In this document: positions 1-8,311 of the stretch, in pieces | How positions within the stretch are numbered: the stretch's first letter is position 1 | How the letters are laid out: each line of letters starts with the position of its first letter | Origin: an uncultured Pseudomonadales bacterium | Lineage (GTDB): Bacteria > Patescibacteriota > Microgenomatia > UBA1400 > MFAQ01 | DNA: 52,050 bases | Direction of reading: 5' to 3' | Assembly: GCA_964487665.1 (NCBI GenBank) | Contig: CAZARR010000006.1 | Coordinates: 1-52,050 of the forward strand | Translations under genes and position numbers: made by a program | The notes under the pieces: generated by a model | Seen by the model: only the letters and a program-made list of their open reading frames with translations | What the model was told of the DNA's origin: nothing | The model's database searches: none

Positions 1-2
1 CA

Positions 3-194
3 ACGAAAAAACAGAACCGATACCACGGCCTCTCAGGCCGTGTGAGGTTCATTAGGCTAAAAGAAAAAGGGCCGTGGGGGGCAAGATTGATCGATTGGTC
101 TGAGGAAGCGCGGAGGTTGATTGAGCTAGGATTGGCTAAGATCGAAGGGAACCTTATGGTACCAGTGCTGGAACCACAACCAACAGAACAATAA
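3..194 (+). CDS. 3' end of a hypothetical protein running in from the left edge (partial)
   Basis: Open frame from base 3 to TAA 192-194 (hand translation ...LIELGLAKIEGNLMVPVLEPQPTEQ*), followed by a terminator. Confidence 0.5.
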   Translation, partial: TKKQNRYHGLSGRVRFIRLKEKGPWGARLIDWSEEARRLIELGLAKIEGNLMVPVLEPQPTEQ

Positions 195-230
195 TAATTG
201 TTTGGGAGAAACAAGTTATGGTTAATCAGG

Positions 231-253
231 GGCCGGGGAAACCCGGCCTTTTG
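231..253 (+). terminator. Intrinsic terminator
   Basis: GGCCGGG-GAAA-CCCGGCC perfect 7-bp stem followed by TTTTT. Confidence 0.8.
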
Positions 254-355
254 GGTTGTGCGGCACATAAAGTGAAGCAGTGGGAATATTGACGGATGAG
301 TTTAATTGTTTTAGAATGACTTGTCTCGTGGATTGTGTTTTAATAATTTTTGTAA

Positions 356-604
356 TTGAGGCAAAAAAAAATGCCAGAACCAGGTAAAGATGGTCAAAGA
401 TTTTCTCCAGATCAGCTTAAAGCCGTCGTAAAAACAGTGTTTGATATAAATAGTCAAAAACCAATTGGTGCAAGCGTATTGGGGTTAACAGTTACCGAAG
501 CTGGGCAATTGTTACGAGAGGGGGAAATTGGTTTGGCAGTGTCCCCCGATAAAGATCTTCTTATAACTAAACCGCCTGAATCGAAAAAACCGACTGGAAA
601 ATAA
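356..604 (+). CDS. Hypothetical protein
   Basis: 82-aa ORF; alternative ATG at 371 preceded by GAGG. Confidence 0.6.
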   Translation: MRQKKMPEPGKDGQRFSPDQLKAVVKTVFDINSQKPIGASVLGLTVTEAGQLLREGEIGLAVSPDKDLLITKPPESKKPTGK

Positions 605-668
605 CTCATACCGTTGACGAAATTGGAAAGCTATAGTATGCTGCAGGGGTTAAAAATTTGGTAAAAAT

Positions 669-980
669 ATGCCTAGTATAAGAGAAATTGGGACCGACGG
701 AAATTGCGCAGGATGTGAGGAAGCTGGTGAGCAAGTTTGTAGCTGTGATAGGGTTTTGGCGCAGGTGGGTTATTTGTCGGTGGGAGCGGGTCTGTTTACT
801 GAGCGGGAGATTGTTCAAGCAACCAGCGTTAGAGGTGATTGGGATGTTAATCCTTCAGACGTCGCCACGGCACTTGGTCATTTTGTGGATATGGGGCTAT
901 TAGAGGTTGGGGCAGATGGTCGTTACACGGTTACGGATGAAGGACGTGAGTATATCCCGCTAGTACCACCTGACCGTTAG
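669..980 (+). CDS. Hypothetical protein, possible winged-helix C-terminal half
   Basis: 103-aa ORF; VATALGHFVDMGLLEV...YTVTDEG resembles the wHTH recognition helix plus wing. Confidence 0.55.
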   Translation: MPSIREIGTDGNCAGCEEAGEQVCSCDRVLAQVGYLSVGAGLFTEREIVQATSVRGDWDVNPSDVATALGHFVDMGLLEVGADGRYTVTDEGREYIPLVPPDR

Positions 981-995
981 GTCAAAAAACCGGGA

Positions 996-1880
996 TTATT
1001 GCTGGTCTAGGCTTAAGCGCAGGCTGGGAGAGTGGGTGGTTTTGGCAAAGGCGCTGACAATTTTCTTGACGCCGATAGAGTTTATCAAGGCCTTTAGGTT
1101 GGCGGTTAGCTGCTCTTTGTCTTGATCAGCCTTTCCAAGGGTGGTGTGAATGATGGGAAACTTCAGCTCCGTTTTGTACGAGAGTAGCGACCCCTCGGAC
1201 AATGTGGTGGCACGTTTTTCAGGGTCTTCGGTGATTGTGCCATTTTTTGGGTTTGGCATTAATCCCTTGGGACCAAGAACTTTGGCATATTTAGCCAGTT
1301 TGGGCATATCGGCGGGTCTAGCCAATAGAATATCAAAGTCAATTTTGTTGTCTTCAATTTTAGTAGCGGTGGCGACCGAAAAGACTTCGATCTTGGCTTG
1401 CTTGCCAGTGGAGAATGGCAGTTTGGCCTCACCACGAATACCTATCTCGACAGTGTTGATGTGAATTTCGAGTGTGTTTGGGTGGCCCGAGCGGCTGTGA
1501 GAATGAAGTATGTCGATGGCTTCGGAGATAGTGTGGGAAGGCTTTTGGGAAAAGCGTTTTTTGAAAGCCTGGTAACGTTTCGAATGTGTTTTTACCTTGG
1601 CAGATTCTTTTTTGGCGGGTGCGGCTTCTTTTTCTTTGGCTTCTTCGGCTTTTGCTTCACTCATCTCAATGACTTTGGCGTCCGCCTCGTCTTTGGCAAG
1701 GGCTGGGTACACAGCTCGAATGGCAGTCAGGGCGGTGTCGTTGATGCCTTCGATACTGAGAATCTCCCCATCGGTTTTGGCTTGTAATTGTTCCGGTCGC
1801 AGTCTGGCGGTGCGAAGTGCAGTGGCGACGTGGGCGGGTAATTCAGCGTAAATAGTTTTCCAACTGATTCTGGTGGCCAT
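996..1880 (-). CDS. rplA: 50S ribosomal protein uL1 with ~95-aa N-terminal extension
   Basis: VLGPKGLMPNPKNGT uL1 signature; directly downstream of rplK. Confidence 0.95.
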   Translation of the reverse strand: MATRISWKTIYAELPAHVATALRTARLRPEQLQAKTDGEILSIEGINDTALTAIRAVYPALAKDEADAKVIEMSEAKAEEAKEKEAAPAKKESAKVKTHSKRYQAFKKRFSQKPSHTISEAIDILHSHSRSGHPNTLEIHINTVEIGIRGEAKLPFSTGKQAKIEVFSVATATKIEDNKIDFDILLARPADMPKLAKYAKVLGPKGLMPNPKNGTITEDPEKRATTLSEGSLLSYKTELKFPIIHTTLGKADQDKEQLTANLKALINSIGVKKIVSAFAKTTHSPSLRLSLDQQ

Positions 1881-1882
1881 AT

Positions 1883-2317
1883 TTATTTTGTTTCTTCAAT
1901 AGTAACTCCCATGCTACGAGCGGTACCAATAACACTTTGCATGGCGCTTTCGAGTGAGGTGGTGTTCATATCCGGAAGTTTTTTTTCGGCAATTTCTTTG
2001 ACCTGGGCCATTGAAAGCGAGCCGACTTTGGTTTTGTCGGGCTCACCGGAACCTAGTTTGATGTTGATTTTTTGTTTGATCAATTCGGCTACGGGGGCTG
2101 TACGCAGGACAAAAGTAAAAGTACGATCTTCGTAAATAGTGACCTGAGCCGGAACAACTTGGCCACGCATATCCTGGGTTTTTTGGTTGTACTGGGTGAC
2201 AAACTCCATGATGTTGACACCATGTTGTCCCAGAGCTGGTCCGACAGGAGGAGCGGGGTTGGCAGCACCCGCGGGTAAGTTTAGTTTTAGGATTGCCTTG
2301 ATTTTTTTGGCAGCCAT
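1883..2317 (-). CDS. rplK: 50S ribosomal protein uL11
   Basis: [24 protein letters not shown]...GTARSMG signature. Confidence 0.98.
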   Translation of the reverse strand: MAAKKIKAILKLNLPAGAANPAPPVGPALGQHGVNIMEFVTQYNQKTQDMRGQVVPAQVTIYEDRTFTFVLRTAPVAELIKQKINIKLGSGEPDKTKVGSLSMAQVKEIAEKKLPDMNTTSLESAMQSVIGTARSMGVTIEETK

Positions 2318-2436
2318 ATTAAGTTTGGTTAATTATTACGTCTCAAAAACCTGTCCCGGGATAAGTTGATACTCAAAACTATCGCACCCGTGTTTTTCAG
2401 GCGCTGCCTCGATACTGCGAGGTAGCAGACCAGAGG

Positions 2437-2445
2437 ATTATAGCA
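2437..2445 (-). promoter_or_regulatory. Extended -10 promoter for rplK-rplA
   Basis: TGCTATAAT on the minus strand ~120 nt upstream of the rplK ATG. Confidence 0.55.
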
Positions 2446-2607
2446 TTATTTTTCCGGTTCTGACTCTGGTGGTGCCGATGGGGTGGGTGTGGGACCAGCC
2501 GAAGTGTTTGAATAACGGATATTAAATATATTTGGCGAAACGAATTCCCCACTAACTTCTTCGCTTGTGTATGCCGGGCCGGGAGTGTTGTTGCTGTCGT
2601 CTGCCAT
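2446..2607 (-). CDS. Small acidic Pro/Ser-rich protein (53 aa), not in the ORF track
   Basis: Hand translation MADDSNNTPGPAYTSEEVSGEFVSPNIFNIRYSNTSAGPTPTPSAPPESEPEK*; ATG 3 nt after the SPFH stop. Confidence 0.45.
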   Translation of the reverse strand: MADDSNNTPGPAYTSEEVSGEFVSPNIFNIRYSNTSAGPTPTPSAPPESEPEK

Positions 2608-2610
2608 AAA

Positions 2611-3453
2611 CTATTTATTTTTAAGCGGAATGATTTTGGGGTCGCCGTCCAGGTTGAGAACGCTGACCAACTGGCCGGTGGTGGGCATGACAAACTTGGC
2701 AGAGCCATCACCCAAAACTTTTTCACTGACCTCAAGGGTTTTCAATTGGGCCGCGCGCTGAGTAAAGTTTTTTTCAGCGGCTTTGGCGACCATTTCGATC
2801 GATTTGGCTCGGGCGTCGGCATTAAGAAGTGTTGCCTGCGCTTCACCTTCGGCTTCGAGAATGGCTGCTTCGCGAATTCCCTCTGCCTCGAGAATACGAG
2901 CGCGTTTTTCGCGTTCCGCTTTCATCTGTCGGCTCATAGCGTCGGTGATGTCTGCTGGTGGGTCAATTTTTTTCAGCTCGACCTTGGTGACCTTGACCCC
3001 CCAAGCGTTAGTTGATTCATCGAGAACTGCACGCAGGTTGTCGTTGATACTATCGCGTGCTGTCAGAGTTTCATCGAGTTGTTTATCGCCGATCAGGTTT
3101 CGCAGATTTGTTTGAGCTAGGGTGGTAGCAGCGTAATCAAAGTCCTCGATTTCGAATTCAGCTTTGACCGGGTCGACCACTTTGTAATAGATAACAGCAT
3201 CAACGATTACCGATACGTTGTCTTTGGTGATTACCTGTTGAGGTTCGACGTTCATCACTTGCTCGCGCATGTCAACTAGTATCAACTGGTCAACAAAAGG
3301 AACTAAGAAAATTAGGCCAGAGTCGGTGGTGGAATGGTATTTGCCCAAACGAATTATCAAACCTTTTTCAAATTGACGGACTATGCGCACACTGCGAGCC
3401 AGGGCGACAAAAGAGATAAAGAAGATGATAAGCAGAACGGTGGAGCTGAACAT
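2611..3453 (-). CDS. SPFH/band-7 (stomatin-like) membrane protein
   Basis: N-terminal TM, VITKDNVSV, AQTNLRNLIG, WGVKVTKVE, MKAEREKRA coiled coil. Confidence 0.93.
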   Translation of the reverse strand: MFSSTVLLIIFFISFVALARSVRIVRQFEKGLIIRLGKYHSTTDSGLIFLVPFVDQLILVDMREQVMNVEPQQVITKDNVSVIVDAVIYYKVVDPVKAEFEIEDFDYAATTLAQTNLRNLIGDKQLDETLTARDSINDNLRAVLDESTNAWGVKVTKVELKKIDPPADITDAMSRQMKAEREKRARILEAEGIREAAILEAEGEAQATLLNADARAKSIEMVAKAAEKNFTQRAAQLKTLEVSEKVLGDGSAKFVMPTTGQLVSVLNLDGDPKIIPLKNK

Positions 3454-3455
3454 AG

Positions 3456-3896
3456 TTATTTGTCTTTTGGTAATTTTTTAACTCGTAGCGTGACGCCTTC
3501 GATTGAGACCACTTCAATCTTGTCTTTTTCGTAGAGCAAGTCATCCGAGGTGGCGCGCCAGTCTTCGTCATCAAGGCGGACTAGACCGGCGGTGCTGGGG
3601 GTGATAGAACGAACTACAATTCCAGTTTTGCCTAGCAACTTATCTATATTAGTTTTGTGGGTGAGAACAATCAGTTGTTTTTTGATCCGGGTCCGGCCTA
3701 GGGCGATGTAGAGGAAACAAAGAACAGAAGCAGCTACTATTGCCAGTGGTTCATTTTCGAAAAACAATCCAATTGCTCCGCCAACTAGTAGGGTGGTGCC
3801 AATGAGTACCAGGTCAAAACCAGTGGAGAAGCCGGCGAATAGCTCGGCCAGGATGAGCAGCAAACCGACAATGATCAGAATCTGTGTCGGGTTCAT
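3456..3896 (-). CDS. NfeD family short membrane protein
   Basis: 3 TM segments plus C-terminal G.VRLDDEDWRA...VVSIEGVTLRV OB-fold; paired with SPFH. Confidence 0.9.
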   Translation of the reverse strand: MNPTQILIIVGLLLILAELFAGFSTGFDLVLIGTTLLVGGAIGLFFENEPLAIVAASVLCFLYIALGRTRIKKQLIVLTHKTNIDKLLGKTGIVVRSITPSTAGLVRLDDEDWRATSDDLLYEKDKIEVVSIEGVTLRVKKLPKDK

Positions 3897-3934
3897 GAGG
3901 CTATTTTACTCCCTAAAGTCAACAATGCTACCAA

Positions 3935-4540
3935 CTAGACTTTGGCGACTTGTAAAAAATCAAGCTCGACTGGGGTCTCACGGCCAAAAATAGACACCAA
4001 TACTTCCAGTTTGCCTTTGGCTTCGTCAATTTTGCTGATTGTGCCAAGCATGTCGGTAAATGGACCATCGGCGACGCGGATAGCCTCGCCAGTGCTAAAT
4101 GTCGACTGGAACTTGGGAGCGGCTTGCTGACTAAAAGCCATAATGCTTTGAACCTCGGACTTGGGTAACGGAGTGGGTCGGTTGGCTGCTCCGACAAAGC
4201 CAGTTATTCCTTGGGTTGTGCGTACTGCCAACCATGAGGCATCGGTGACGTTCATTCGAACCAGCATATAACCGGGGAAAATTTTCTCTTTGATGATACT
4301 TTTTTTGCCCTTGGCGATGCGGATCTTTTCTTGGGTGGGGATGAGAACCTCAAAGATGTCATCAACCAAACCCATGCTTTCGGCCCGTTGCTTAAGTGTG
4401 CCAGCTGTGGAGGCTTCGTGTCCTGAATAGGTGTGGACAACGTACCATTTCCCTTCGTCAGGTTTGTCAGGGTTGACAATGACGTGATTGACTGATGGAG
4501 TACTATTTTGGTTGTTACTTTCTACTGGGTCGTTTGGCAT
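3935..4540 (-). CDS. nusG: Transcription termination/antitermination factor NusG
   Basis: WYVVHTYSGHE, IFPGYMLV, KOW GEAIRVADGPF, IFGRETPVEL. Confidence 0.98.
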   Translation of the reverse strand: MPNDPVESNNQNSTPSVNHVIVNPDKPDEGKWYVVHTYSGHEASTAGTLKQRAESMGLVDDIFEVLIPTQEKIRIAKGKKSIIKEKIFPGYMLVRMNVTDASWLAVRTTQGITGFVGAANRPTPLPKSEVQSIMAFSQQAAPKFQSTFSTGEAIRVADGPFTDMLGTISKIDEAKGKLEVLVSIFGRETPVELDFLQVAKV

Positions 4541-4541
4541 G

Positions 4542-4724
4542 TTATTTGATGATTTGGCTAAAAATACTAAGGAACAGTGCGTCGAGGCCTCCGAGATATA
4601 GACCGCAAAGGAGGCTGGTGAATATCACCAGTCCGGTCAGTCGAACGGTCTCGTCACGTTTGGGCCAGCTGACTTTTTGCAGCTCCAATCGAGTTTCTTT
4701 GACAAATAAAATCGGATTGATCAT
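4542..4724 (-). CDS. secE: Preprotein translocase subunit SecE
   Basis: ELQKVSWP motif plus single TM, immediately upstream of nusG. Confidence 0.95.
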   Translation of the reverse strand: MINPILFVKETRLELQKVSWPKRDETVRLTGLVIFTSLLCGLYLGGLDALFLSIFSQIIK

Positions 4725-4753
4725 AGTCGGTGTTTATTTTAACATGAGCAAAG

Positions 4754-5644
4754 CTAAATTGGGCGAGGGTGTGGGGTGCGGTGAATTTTTTGTAGTTTCG
4801 ACTGTTCGTTTATTAGCCTTGCCTCGGAACCGTTTACTAGTTTTTTCTTGTCTTGGCTAACCAGTAGAACAAATGTTCTAAATAACTCGAGCCATTGTGC
4901 AAAAGTGATTTGGGTCGGAGTAGCCAAAGGTAAAAATTGATTGTCAGCGGCGAGACGCGCAAATTGTTTTGGGGTAAAGATGTGCTTAAGGCCACTTTTG
5001 ACATTGGGAATGGAGTGGGTAAATGCATAAGAGACAAAATCTCTAAACAAATGTTTTTCATTTTTGGAAAGCAGGGGTGTTGGACGTTGGGCGATTTTGA
5101 ACAAAACAACTTGAACATTGGGGACGGGTTCAAAGTCAGTTGGGCTAAATCGGTGCACAATGTCAAAGTCGAACCAGGGCTTGTGTAGTACCGAAAAGAG
5201 AGTTTCGTGACCCAGGGGGCCTCCGGAAAACTTCGTAGCAGCTTCTTGCTGCATTAGTAAATAGCTATCTATTGGTGGGGTGGGGGCGTTAAGAAGCTTC
5301 CTTACGATATCAGAGGTGATGTTAAACGGGATATTTGAAAAAACTTTATACCTAGTGTTGGGCAAATTGAAGATTAGAAAATTTTCTCTAACAATATTGG
5401 TGTTCTTATTTTCTTTGAATTTGTTAACTAGAATTAAAAATAGCTTGGGATCTGCTTCAATGGCGATTACATGTTTGCATCTTTTAACCAAGACAGAGGT
5501 AATTGTGCCTTTACCTGGACCAATTTCTACTACAAAGTCGTCCTTCCCAATGGTTGACTCATCAATAATTTTATCTATCGTAGTTGGATTTACTAGGAAA
5601 TTTTGCGATAGTGAAATGCTTTCCCGCGGAAATTTTAGTGACAC
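4754..5644 (-). CDS. Erm-like 23S rRNA adenine-N6 methyltransferase (RrnaAD family)
   Basis: SQNFL, EIGPGKG, IEAD, SNIPFNIT motifs; C-terminal HIFTPKQF...ITFAQWLELF is Erm-like and lacks the KsgA RRK tail; start reassigned to GTG 5644, 9 nt below TATAAT. Confidence 0.8.
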   Translation of the reverse strand: MSLKFPRESISLSQNFLVNPTTIDKIIDESTIGKDDFVVEIGPGKGTITSVLVKRCKHVIAIEADPKLFLILVNKFKENKNTNIVRENFLIFNLPNTRYKVFSNIPFNITSDIVRKLLNAPTPPIDSYLLMQQEAATKFSGGPLGHETLFSVLHKPWFDFDIVHRFSPTDFEPVPNVQVVLFKIAQRPTPLLSKNEKHLFRDFVSYAFTHSIPNVKSGLKHIFTPKQFARLAADNQFLPLATPTQITFAQWLELFRTFVLLVSQDKKKLVNGSEARLINEQSKLQKIHRTPHPRPI

Positions 5645-5695
5645 GTTAGAGATATTATAATGTGCACACTTGATTGGAGCGCTATAATGGTTGAT

Positions 5696-5849
5696 GCCCC
5701 TAGATAGGGCAAGGCTAACGGGAGGTTTTTCCTCCACAAGCTTAAAGTATACGGGAGGACAAGTGCCGCGTCTCTTCGGGGATGTGACCTGTTCACCCAC
5801 CTCGTTCACTCGGGGAAAAATCCTGTACGCTTCCTATCTGGGGGTTTTT
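5696..5849 (+). ncRNA. Candidate ~150-nt structured non-coding RNA, family not recognised
   Basis: TATAAT 5683-5688; 13-bp terminal helix 5697-5709/5832-5844; internal helix 5745-5756/5821-5832; cUUCGg hairpin 5767-5786; U5 tail 5845-5849. Confidence 0.65.
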
Positions 5850-5874
5850 GAAATCTATAGGGTAAAATACGCGT

Positions 5875-6381
5875 GTGAGAAAAGAGGGGTCAAATCAGAA
5901 GGCGTTTGCGAGGTGGGATATGGCTAATGCGGGCAAGGAGTTTTTGTCTTTGGTTGGGAGGGGTCCGATACCAGCTATGTCTGTTACGGATGTGAGGACG
6001 CTGTTTGCTATTGCATTCTCTGAAGCTAGATTAAAATACTTAGTGGGTGAGAATTCTGTAAATAGGATCATAGAACTGCTGTCTTCTGACCCTAGGATTG
6101 TGGGTGTGGAGGCGACTCGAAGGGGGTCAAGAGAGGACATGAAAGGGGTTGATTTACGTGTTCGAGTCAGTGGAGATGATGAACATCGAGGGAAGTATAA
6201 TGTGCAGGTAAAAACTGGTATGTGCGGTGCGAGGAGCTTTATGGAAAAGGCGGGGAGAATGTTTGACGCGGGTATAGTAGTGTTGGCCGCAGAGATGGAA
6301 GACCCATTGGCTTGTTTTTGGGGTCAGGTGAGTTTGATCAATTTATACCGGAACGGTGGCTCGCTGCTGTCTTGGGACTAA
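5875..6381 (+). CDS. PD-(D/E)XK restriction-endonuclease-fold protein (putative)
   Basis: EDMKGVDLRV...YNVQVKT motif; TAAAAT 6 nt before the GTG. Confidence 0.6.
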   Translation: MRKEGSNQKAFARWDMANAGKEFLSLVGRGPIPAMSVTDVRTLFAIAFSEARLKYLVGENSVNRIIELLSSDPRIVGVEATRRGSREDMKGVDLRVRVSGDDEHRGKYNVQVKTGMCGARSFMEKAGRMFDAGIVVLAAEMEDPLACFWGQVSLINLYRNGGSLLSWD

Positions 6382-6411
6382 TGGTACGATCAGCATCGGG
6401 TGGTGAGTTAA

Positions 6412-6924
6412 CTAAATCCTGTAGGCGTAGACGTTATCGACGGTTTTTATGATCTTGAGATGGGGTGGTTTGAACCGAGCAGAAATAATTATGGTTCCTC
6501 TCTTACACTCGCTGAGAATTTTGGTAATCAGTTTGGTGAACATTGCCGGCTGAACGTAAAAATAAACTATTTGGTATGGCGAAAGATCGTGCTTAAAAAT
6601 ATTTTGGTGGACAAAGCGCACGGATTTTTTGAAAAAAATCAGGTTAATCAGGCGAGAAAATAACACCAACAAGGGGTGGATCTCGACTCCTGTCGATTGC
6701 CATTTCATTTGGGTCGCGGCTAAAAAGACAATTCGCCCATCGCCTGAACCCAGATCTATAAACTTGCATTTTTGGGAAAGACCAAGTGCATGGAACATTC
6801 TTTCGACTTTTTTGGTGTCAAAGGGAGAGTAAAGCGCGCCAAAAAGGGATCCCCACCACAGTAAACTGCAAACAACTATTGCAGTCAGGGCACAAATAAT
6901 GCTGGCGGTAGTGGAAATGATCAC
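6412..6924 (-). CDS. Membrane-anchored class I SAM-dependent methyltransferase
   Basis: N-terminal TM, FIDLGSGDGRIV motif I, GVEIHP. Confidence 0.85.
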   Translation of the reverse strand: MIISTTASIICALTAIVVCSLLWWGSLFGALYSPFDTKKVERMFHALGLSQKCKFIDLGSGDGRIVFLAATQMKWQSTGVEIHPLLVLFSRLINLIFFKKSVRFVHQNIFKHDLSPYQIVYFYVQPAMFTKLITKILSECKRGTIIISARFKPPHLKIIKTVDNVYAYRI

Positions 6925-6961
6925 TGGTTAATTGTAAAGGGTTGGTCTAGAATCTGCGTAG

Positions 6962-8284
6962 ATGTCGGCAAATACTGAGTTTGGAAGCAGGTTAGCCAAC
7001 ATAGCCTCTTATGGGGCTCAACATCAGGGAGATGGGGGAAATAGGTTTGCGAGTTTGAGGTACGATTGGGAGGGTGGGACAGGCCACGATGCACGATCTC
7101 CGGATTATTCCTCGAAGGCCGAGCTGAGGGCTGAGGCAATGGAGCGCGTTTGCGCTATTTTTGGGCGGCTTCCGTGCATAAAGGTTGAAAAAGGACAAGA
7201 AACCGAACATTTGGGTAATATGGCGTGGCTACTTCGATATGGTTCTGTGGCAAAAGTCAAAGTGACTGATGGCGATGATCGCACAGACGGCGGTGGAACA
7301 AGATTCTTTGCATCCGTGTGCCCATCGGAGACTCACTTGAAATCGGTTGTCTGTGCAACCCCGAATAGTATCAATCGTCGTCAATTGGGGATGGCTTTCA
7401 ACGCAGGCAGAGGGTATTGTGATGAGGCACTAATGGCTGATTGTTTTGCTCAATGGGTGTTGTGGGTATGTAATTTTCCCAGTCTGCCTGGTTTTTCGAC
7501 GGAAACAGAATGGTGTAAATATTTTGGCGGTGACTCCGAGAGACTTGGCGTTCCTATTGAGTTTGTCGAGGCTTATGTTCACCAGTACGATTTGTTGACT
7601 GAGCGGCGTAAGAAGATTTGGGAAATGCTACAAATCAATCGACATTGTATTTGGCAGCAGCAAGTTGGGGGTGGAAATCCATATGAACCCGAGATCGCCG
7701 AGGCCAGAGGGTCGTTAGCGGTGGATAACGTAATAGCATTACTAGAGGGTTTAGATTTCTTTGGTGGAGTGGAGGAATCTATCGCAAACGAACCTGATGA
7801 TGTTTTGGGGCGTGATTTGATTGTTCGGTTGACAGAGGAGGTTATTTCCCGACTATCTAGTCGGGGGATGTTGCCTGATGGTGGCCAATCGCGTTTTTTT
7901 GTGCAAGTTAAGTCGTGCCCGCGGGCTGTAAAAAATTTTATGGGTGCTCGAGGTGGACCAATGTGGCGATGGCGACAAAGTATAGTGGTGGTCAACGGAC
8001 ATTCGGGTGACAGTACTCTAATGCTGGCAGATTTATTTGGTCAGATTGCCGCGGTTTTGGCAATAAGGGGGAGTGTTGGGAATGATGGAAGAACTTCGCG
8101 GATCCGAGATAAAGCAGCTATTAGTCCAATGGCTGTTCTGAAGATTATTGACGAAATTCAGCCGGGGGTGTTGGCTGCCTTCAATGCTCGCAAGGCTGAC
8201 TTACACCCAGAATTAGTTGCCTTATTTAATGATGGTGGAAGGTTTGGTGCCATTGCGCGATGTAGCGTGAGCCAATGGGGATGA
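6962..8284 (+). CDS. Hypothetical protein with C-terminal PD-(D/E)XK-like domain
   Basis: DDVLGRDLIV...FFVQVKS, alignable by eye to the 5875 protein. Confidence 0.6.
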   Translation: MSANTEFGSRLANIASYGAQHQGDGGNRFASLRYDWEGGTGHDARSPDYSSKAELRAEAMERVCAIFGRLPCIKVEKGQETEHLGNMAWLLRYGSVAKVKVTDGDDRTDGGGTRFFASVCPSETHLKSVVCATPNSINRRQLGMAFNAGRGYCDEALMADCFAQWVLWVCNFPSLPGFSTETEWCKYFGGDSERLGVPIEFVEAYVHQYDLLTERRKKIWEMLQINRHCIWQQQVGGGNPYEPEIAEARGSLAVDNVIALLEGLDFFGGVEESIANEPDDVLGRDLIVRLTEEVISRLSSRGMLPDGGQSRFFVQVKSCPRAVKNFMGARGGPMWRWRQSIVVVNGHSGDSTLMLADLFGQIAAVLAIRGSVGNDGRTSRIRDKAAISPMAVLKIIDEIQPGVLAAFNARKADLHPELVALFNDGGRFGAIARCSVSQWG

Positions 8285-8311
8285 TTTAGGATGGCAGGGA
8301 TATAGTATTAT

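Noticed and set aside
5645-5809. 55-aa N-terminal extension of the Erm-like protein in the ORF track
   Set aside because: It runs antisense through the structured RNA and across a -10 box; family similarity starts near SQNFL
5696-5849. RNase P RNA, SRP RNA, tmRNA or retron msr-msd identity for the ncRNA
   Set aside because: GAGGACAAGTGCC only loosely resembles the RNase P P4 motif and the RNA is too short; no SRP GNRA/CAGG-AGCA domain, no T-arm, and no reverse transcriptase in the window
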